A stretch of DNA of 64,000 nt from Candidatus Micrarchaeota archaeon (GTDB taxonomy: Archaea; B1Sed10-29). Positions 56,158-64,000 of the stretch are shown here, one piece after another. The notes under the pieces were generated by a model. It had not been told where the DNA came from, searched no databases, and saw only the letters and a program-made list of their open reading frames with translations. Location of the stretch: assembly GCA_964579265.1 (NCBI GenBank), contig CAZOFO010000003.1, positions 15,968 to 79,967 of the forward strand, written 5' to 3'. A program made the position numbers and the translations under genes. Numbering within the stretch: the first letter of the stretch is position 1; the number at the start of each line of letters is the position of its first letter.

Positions 56158-56766
56158 CTACTTAGAGCTCTGTGCTATTCTTTCTTCGTTTATTTTCTGT
56201 TTTACTGCGAATGAATCCGAATCTTCTCTTGATGCTTTGATTAATTCGTCTTTAAGTACTTCTGAGACTGATTTTGTTGATTTGTATGTGTTCATTGCTA
56301 CTGATTTACCGATGTTTCTTATTGCGAAGTCTACTCTTCTTTTTGGTGAGGAATCTACTGCTTGGTGTCTTTTGATTCCTCCTCTTTCTATCATTGTTGT
56401 TTCTTCTCTTGGTGCGGATTTTTCTATGGCTCGAACAAGAATTTCTACGGGATTTTTTTCGGTTTCTTCTTCTATTTTTTCGAAGGCTTCTTTTACTTCG
56501 TTGTACATTTTTGTTTTCTTGCCTGTTCCTCCTCTGTGTCTTATTACTTTTCCACTTATTTTTCCTCCGGTTCCTCCTCTCATTAATGTGTTGATTAGCC
56601 TTTCTACTATGTGGATGCTTGCTTTTACTCTTGGTTCTTTTACTTGTCTTCCTTGGTTATGAAGAGGTGTTTCTGGATCTATATTAATGTATTTTTTTAG
56701 TCCTGGGTCTTTTATTTCTATTTCTTCTGTGTCCCATTTTCCGAATACTTTTTCCATTTTTATCAC
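56158..56766 (-). CDS. rps7: 30S ribosomal protein S7 (uS7)
   Basis: ...RLINTLMRGGTGGKISGKVIRHRGGTGKK...EVLKDELIKAS. Confidence 0.85.
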   Translation of the reverse strand: MIKMEKVFGKWDTEEIEIKDPGLKKYINIDPETPLHNQGRQVKEPRVKASIHIVERLINTLMRGGTGGKISGKVIRHRGGTGKKTKMYNEVKEAFEKIEEETEKNPVEILVRAIEKSAPREETTMIERGGIKRHQAVDSSPKRRVDFAIRNIGKSVAMNTYKSTKSVSEVLKDELIKASREDSDSFAVKQKINEERIAQSSK

Positions 56767-56767
56767 T

Positions 56768-57196
56768 TTATCTTTGTGGTTTTTCTACGTTTCCTTTTAT
56801 TACTTCAAGTAGTGATACTCCGTTTACTTTTATTATTTTGTATTTTACTCCGACCATTGTTCCTACTGGGCCTCCTTGTGCTCCTCCTGCTCCTTCTATT
56901 AGTACTTCATCGTGTTCGTCTATTATGTCTACTGCTCCTTTTTTTGGCATGTGTGCGGTGACTACTTTTCCGTTTTTTAGTAGTTGTACTCTTGCGCATT
57001 TTATGATTCCGGAGGATGGTTGTTTTTGTTCTATTCCTTTCTTCTGTAGTACTATTCCTCTTGCTTGTGGAGCTCCTTCTAGTGGGTCGTGGAGTTTTCC
57101 GGCTTTTCTTCTCATTCTTTTTACGTAGTTGGAGTCGCTCCACTTTTGTTTTTTTCTCTTTTTCTTGAGTTGTCTTGCTGCGAATTCTCCTGCCAT
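56768..57196 (-). CDS. rps12: 30S ribosomal protein S12 (uS12)
   Basis: ...[42 protein letters not shown]... Confidence 0.9.
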   Translation of the reverse strand: MAGEFAARQLKKKRKKQKWSDSNYVKRMRRKAGKLHDPLEGAPQARGIVLQKKGIEQKQPSSGIIKCARVQLLKNGKVVTAHMPKKGAVDIIDEHDEVLIEGAGGAQGGPVGTMVGVKYKIIKVNGVSLLEVIKGNVEKPQR

Positions 57197-57274
57197 TTTT
57201 CTCTACCTCTTGCGTGTTTGTTTTTTGTGCGTCTGTTTTATATTTATTCTTTATTTTTTATCTTGAAGTGTGAT

Positions 57275-57697
57275 TTATATGATTTTGATGTTTTCTATGT
57301 CGAAGTGTCTTTCAGTGAGTTCTTTTACTTTTTTTACTTTTTTTCCTTTTCTTCCTATTGTTCTTTTTTTGTCTTCTGGATCTACTTCTACTCTTATCTC
57401 TCCGTTTTCTTCTGTTATTTTTTCTGGTTTTACGGGGTAGAAGAGGTTTTCTATGAATTGTTCGAGATCTTCTGAGTATTTGTATACGTTTATTTCTTTT
57501 CCTAGTTTATTTTTTACTTTTTCTATCATTGATCCGTTTTTCCCTATTGCTAGGCCTAGGTCTTCGGGTTTTACGAGGATTGTAGCTTCTTCTTTTTCTT
57601 TGTTTACTATGCAGTCCTTTACTGTGGCTCCTGTGATCTCTTCGAATTGGTTTATGGTTTTGATTTCTTCTGCTCCGTATTTTATCATTTTGTTCAC
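57275..57697 (-). CDS. nusA: Transcription termination/antitermination factor NusA homolog (archaeal, two KH domains)
   Basis: KH GxxG motifs LAIGKNGSMIEK and TIGRKGKKVKKV; conserved position between rpl30e and rps12. Confidence 0.8.
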   Translation of the reverse strand: MNKMIKYGAEEIKTINQFEEITGATVKDCIVNKEKEEATILVKPEDLGLAIGKNGSMIEKVKNKLGKEINVYKYSEDLEQFIENLFYPVKPEKITEENGEIRVEVDPEDKKRTIGRKGKKVKKVKELTERHFDIENIKII

Positions 57698-57725
57698 TTT
57701 GTTCTAGTTTTTTCTGTGCTCTTTT

Positions 57726-58028
57726 TTAGTTTTTTTGTTCTATTTCTTTTTTGTCAATGCTTCCGGTGTCTTTTATTGCTACTGTTGTGGTTAGGTGTGG
57801 TCTTTTGCATGTTTCCCCTAATTCTTTGCTTGTTCCTCTGTATCTTCTTATTGGTGTGTCTTCTTTTTGTGCTTCTTCTTTTATTTTGTTTTCTATCTCT
57901 ATTGGTGTGTTTTGAGCTATTATTACTATTTTGGCGTTTCCTTTTTTTATTTCTTCTAGTGTTTCTTTTGTTCCGTAGGTTATTTTTCCTGTTCTTATTA
58001 TCTGTTTAAGTGCTTTTTCTATTTTCAT
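57726..58028 (-). CDS. rpl30e: 50S ribosomal protein L30e (eL30)
   Basis: LKQIIRTGKITYGTKETLEEIKKGNAKIVIIAQNTP; L7Ae/L30e fold; conserved after rpoA''. Confidence 0.8.
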   Translation of the reverse strand: MKIEKALKQIIRTGKITYGTKETLEEIKKGNAKIVIIAQNTPIEIENKIKEEAQKEDTPIRRYRGTSKELGETCKRPHLTTTVAIKDTGSIDKKEIEQKN

Positions 58029-58034
58029 TTTCTA

Positions 58035-59189
58035 TCACTGTTCTTTTTCTTGTTGTAGGTCTATTTGTAGGTTTACTGATCCTGTTCCGAGTGGTATTGG
58101 GTTTCCCACTATTATATTTTCTGCTATTCCTTCTAGTTCGTCTTTTTCTCCTTTTTGAGCTGCTTTTAATAGGTGTTTTATTTGTTCTTCGAATGCTGCT
58201 CTTGCTAGTACTGATTTTTTGTCTCCTGATATTCCGTGTCTTCCTATTGCTTGTAGTTCTCCATCTCTTGTTATTGCATCGGCGATTAATAATATGTGTC
58301 TTTTGTCAATATTATATTCTTCAGTTATTTGACTTAGTTCTTTGAATATTATTTGTCTTGCTGCTTCTATTCCGAGTGTTTTGTATGTTTCTGGTATTGA
58401 GTTTGATTCTGTTCTTTCTGAGTCTATTCCTTCTATCTCTAGTACTTCTTCTAGATTTGATCCGTCTGTGTGTATCTCGTATCTTGTTTCTCCTTCTTCT
58501 GTTTCTTTTTCTACTAGTGTTGCTCTTTCTATTCCTTTTACTCCTTTTATCCTTGTGTTTTCGGTTTTTTCAATGTATCTTCTTAGTGATTTAAGGCTTG
58601 ATGCGTTTGGTTCGAATATGATTTCGTCTTCTTCGACTTTTTCAGGTTTTCTTCTTATATTTTCTTTTATTTTATCAGCTACTTCTCTTGCTTCTAAGCT
58701 GTATTTTTCCATTTTTTCTTTTTCTGGTTTTACTTTTATTTTTTCTTCATTTATGTCTTCTTCTATTTTTGCTATGTCTTTTGCTTTTGTTTCTTCTATT
58801 TTTTTCGCTATTTCTATTACTTCTTCTTTGTTTTTTTCTATATCTTTTTTTGGTTTTATTCTGCATACTTCTCTTTTTGGTGTTTTTCTTACTTCTAGGA
58901 TTTCTTCTACTCTTGGTAGTCCTTGTACTACGCTGACTCCTTCGGATAGTCCTGCAACGTGGAATGTTTTTAGTGTCATTTGGGTTGCTCTTTCTCCTAT
59001 TGCTTGTGCTGCTAGTGCTCCTGCTGCTTCTCCTGGTTCTATTTCTCTTCTTTTGTATTCTTCATAAGTTTTTTCAAATAGTTTTTCTGTTTCTTTCTTA
59101 TTTAGGTCTTCTGCTTTCTCCTTTGTTTTTTCCAGGAGTTTTTTTGGTAGTTTTTCTTCGTATTTTTTGTATGGGTCTTTTTTTGTCAT
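58035..59189 (-). CDS. rpoA2: DNA-directed RNA polymerase subunit A'' (Rpo1C)
   Basis: EPGEAAGALAAQAIGERATQMTLKTFHVAGLSEGVSVVQGLPRVEEIL (trigger loop/jaw region). Confidence 0.9.
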   Translation of the reverse strand: MTKKDPYKKYEEKLPKKLLEKTKEKAEDLNKKETEKLFEKTYEEYKRREIEPGEAAGALAAQAIGERATQMTLKTFHVAGLSEGVSVVQGLPRVEEILEVRKTPKREVCRIKPKKDIEKNKEEVIEIAKKIEETKAKDIAKIEEDINEEKIKVKPEKEKMEKYSLEAREVADKIKENIRRKPEKVEEDEIIFEPNASSLKSLRRYIEKTENTRIKGVKGIERATLVEKETEEGETRYEIHTDGSNLEEVLEIEGIDSERTESNSIPETYKTLGIEAARQIIFKELSQITEEYNIDKRHILLIADAITRDGELQAIGRHGISGDKKSVLARAAFEEQIKHLLKAAQKGEKDELEGIAENIIVGNPIPLGTGSVNLQIDLQQEKEQ

Positions 59190-59201
59190 TTTTGATCTTT
59201 T

Positions 59202-61727
<2,526 letters not shown>

Positions 61728-61748
61728 GGTTGATCTTTTTTTATTTTT

Positions 61749-63554
61749 TTAGGCTTTGTCTCTTAGTTTTAGTTTTGGTTTGATCCCTATTGATTTTAGC
61801 TCGTTTAGCATTAGTTTGAATGTGTAACTCATTTTTACTCTTTCTACGTCGTTTGATCCGCATGCTTCACAGTATTTTTCTCCTTTTATCTGGTTTTCTA
61901 CTGCTATTGATCCGCATTTTGTACATACGTACTGTAGTGACTCGTCTGATTCATCCATGAATCTTTCTTGTAGTAGCATGCTTGCTCCATGGGCTATTAG
62001 ACAATCTCTTTCCATTACTCCTATTCTTAGTCCTCCTTTTCTTGCTCTTCCTTCTGTTGGTTGTCTTGTGAGTATTTGAACTGGTCCTCTTGATCTTGCT
62101 CTTATCTTTTTTGATACTAGGTGTTCTAGTCTTTCGTAGTAAACTATTCCTGTGAATATCTTTGCTTCTATTCTTTTTCCTGTTTTTCCGTCGTACATTA
62201 CTTCTTTTCCGTTTGGTTGGAATCCGTATTTTTTCAGTTCTTCTTCTATATCTTCTTGTGATTCTGATTCGAAGGGGGTTCCATCGTTTTTTTCTCCTTT
62301 TATCGCTGCTTTTTTGCTTCCAAGTGCTTCTAGTAGGTGTCCTATTGTCATTCGTGATGGTACTGCGTGTGAGTTGAATATCATGTCTGGTTGTATTCCT
62401 GATTCGCTCCATGGTAGGTCTTCTTCGTCTTCTATTAGTCCTACTACTCCTTTTTGTCCGCTTCTTGATGCGAATTTGTCTCCTGTTAGTGGTGGCATGC
62501 TTCTTCTTGTTCTTACTTTGATCAATCTATTTCCGTCTTGGTCTTCTGTTGCCATTACCCAGTCTACTTTTCCTGAGGCGTTTGGTCTTGTGGTTTTTGA
62601 GTCTTCTTTTCTTTTTTCTTCCATTGGTGTTAGTTCGCTTGATTCTTCTAGGAATCTAGGTGGGCTTGTTTTTCCTATTAGCACTCCTCCTGATTTTACT
62701 TCTGTTTCTGGGTTTGCTATTCCGTCTTCTCCTAGGTGGGTGTATGCTTCTTCTCCTCTGTATCCTTGTACTTCTTCTGATGGGGTTTCGAATTTGTCTC
62801 TTTGTCCTGCTGCGTATCTTCTTTCTTTTGCGCTGTATGTTCTTAGGTATGATCCTCTTGCTAGTGCTCTTTCTACACTTCCTTTGTTTAGTACTATTGC
62901 GTCGTCGATATTGTATGCTCTGTATGGCATTATTGCTATTACTAAGTTTTGACCTATTGGTCTTCTGTCTAATCCTGCTTTTTCATCGTATTTTGTTCCT
63001 GTCATGGGTCTTTGGGGGTAGAATAAGTAGTATCCTTGGGTGTCTGTTCTTATGTGTGAGTTTGGTGAGTATAGACCTATTGCTTGTCTCATCATTGAGT
63101 CTCCTTTTGCGGGTCTTACTGAGTGTGAGTATTCTGGGTAGGGGTTTGCTGCTGAGGGTATTCCGAGTGACATTGTAGGATGTATTTCGAGGTGGGTGTG
63201 TTCTTCTGTTAGGTTTTCTTCTTTCATTGCTATGTATGCGTTTTCTTCTTCTTCTGTATCTAGGTATTCTACTACTCCGTTTTCTATTAGGTCTTCGAAC
63301 TCTATTTCTCCGTTTTTGATTTTTTCTATGTGTTCTTCTGTTAGTTTTGGTTCTCCGTCTTCTACTATTATCAACGGTCTTATTGCTCTTCCTTTATCTG
63401 TGTTTATGTGGACTGTGTCTTCATTTTTTGCCACTGTTAGTGTTTTTGGTAGTTCTCCTCTTCTTCTTTTTTCTCTTATTTCTTCTACTACTTCTTCTGG
63501 ATTTTCGTGGAATCCTATTATTGATCCGTCGAGGTATATGCTTCCTTTATCCAT
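61749..63554 (-). CDS. rpoB1: DNA-directed RNA polymerase subunit B' (Rpo2C, C-terminal half of RpoB)
   Basis: Hybrid-binding and anchor motifs (GDKFASRSGQKGVVG, MPPLTGD...), C-terminal zinc ribbon CTKCGS...CEACGS; 601 aa. Confidence 0.9.
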   Translation of the reverse strand: MDKGSIYLDGSIIGFHENPEEVVEEIREKRRRGELPKTLTVAKNEDTVHINTDKGRAIRPLIIVEDGEPKLTEEHIEKIKNGEIEFEDLIENGVVEYLDTEEEENAYIAMKEENLTEEHTHLEIHPTMSLGIPSAANPYPEYSHSVRPAKGDSMMRQAIGLYSPNSHIRTDTQGYYLFYPQRPMTGTKYDEKAGLDRRPIGQNLVIAIMPYRAYNIDDAIVLNKGSVERALARGSYLRTYSAKERRYAAGQRDKFETPSEEVQGYRGEEAYTHLGEDGIANPETEVKSGGVLIGKTSPPRFLEESSELTPMEEKRKEDSKTTRPNASGKVDWVMATEDQDGNRLIKVRTRRSMPPLTGDKFASRSGQKGVVGLIEDEEDLPWSESGIQPDMIFNSHAVPSRMTIGHLLEALGSKKAAIKGEKNDGTPFESESQEDIEEELKKYGFQPNGKEVMYDGKTGKRIEAKIFTGIVYYERLEHLVSKKIRARSRGPVQILTRQPTEGRARKGGLRIGVMERDCLIAHGASMLLQERFMDESDESLQYVCTKCGSIAVENQIKGEKYCEACGSNDVERVKMSYTFKLMLNELKSIGIKPKLKLRDKA

Positions 63555-63572
63555 TTTATCTTCCTCTTTTTC

Positions 63573-64000
63573 TTAATTTCTTTCAACTTCTTCTATTCCG
63601 ATTGATCTTATCTTTTGTTCTATTTCTTCTTGGTCTATTTTTTCGGATGATATTGTGCATCCTGCAGTTAAGTGTTTTATTAGTCCGACGTTTGCTCCTT
63701 CTGGGCTTTCTAGTGGACATATTTTTCCGAAGTGTGTTCCGTGTAGTTCTCTTGGGTCTGTCATTTTTCCTTTTCCTCCTATTGGTGCTTTTACTCTTCT
63801 TAGGTGGCTTATTTTTGACATGTTGTTTACTGTGTCTAGTATTTGTGATACTCCTGTTCTTCCTCTTGCCCATTCTCCTCCTCTGAATGCGAATCCCAGT
63901 CTTTGTGTTAGTGATTCTGATCTTACTAGTGTTTTTATTTTTAGTCTTCTTCCTCTTGCGCTTGTTCTATCCACTTGGTATTTAACGTCTCTTTTGAATT
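63573..64000 (-). CDS. rpoB2: DNA-directed RNA polymerase subunit B'' (Rpo2N), 3' end only (truncated by window edge)
   Basis: C-terminal 133 aa visible (…GKICPLESPEGANVGLIKHLTAGC…); shows rpoB is split into B''/B'. Confidence 0.8.
   Translation of the reverse strand, partial: FKRDVKYQVDRTSARGRRLKIKTLVRSESLTQRLGFAFRGGEWARGRTGVSQILDTVNNMSKISHLRRVKAPIGGKGKMTDPRELHGTHFGKICPLESPEGANVGLIKHLTAGCTISSEKIDQEEIEQKIRSIGIEEVERN

Overview
This AT-rich (~30% GC) window is from an archaeal chromosome, and almost all of it is dense housekeeping sequence. From roughly 9.3 kb to the end it is an uninterrupted chain of canonical archaeal translation and transcription superoperons, mostly on the minus strand. 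In order these are: S3Ae-S15; Bud32/Kae1-S27ae-S24e-Spt4-RpoE-PPase-PIN-aIF2gamma-S6e; aIF5B-NDK-L24e-S28e-L7Ae; GluRS; S2-enolase-tRNA-RpoN-S9-L13-L18e-tRNA-RpoD-S11-S4-S13; Cbf5-Cmk-DUF106-AdkA-SecY-L15...L14-S17-Rnp1-SUI1-L29-S3...L4-L3; and S10-EF1a-EF2-S7-S12-NusA-L30e-RpoA''-RpoA'-RpoB'-RpoB'' (truncated at the window edge). Gene families were assigned from recognisable motifs in the supplied translations. Three short ribosomal protein genes absent from the ORF track (S27ae, L24e, zinc-type S14) were found by hand-translating the gaps. Five tRNAs were found by manual folding: Gln(TTG), Pro(GGG?), Leu(GAG), Ser(GGA) and Ser(TGA). The first 9 kb is more accessory-like: MscS channel, a hypothetical membrane-anchored protein, archaeosine tRNA-guanine transglycosylase, a GT-C-like membrane glycosyltransferase, SecF/SecD, a KaiC-like ATPase, CDP-archaeol synthase plus a DUF92 membrane protein. 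The most coherent system is at 23.9-28.6 kb: a complete gene set for the archaeal-type mevalonate pathway (UbiD-like decarboxylase, AcnX large and small subunits, isopentenyl phosphate kinase, mevalonate kinase). Features not explained by standard annotation: (1) a ~50-residue C-terminal module, conserved at the nucleotide level, appended to both uS4 and eS6; (2) two tRNAs carrying ~35-nt introns in the T-loop (position 59/60) rather than the anticodon loop; (3) rpoK missing from the rpoN-tRNA-eno interval; (4) kae1 and bud32 separated by an inserted small membrane protein gene, next to a CPBP protease; (5) GluRS with an N-terminal GatB/YqeY-like domain. Many long opposite-strand ORFs in the track are antisense shadows of K/E-rich genes and are rejected. 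No CRISPR arrays, transposases or integrases were seen.
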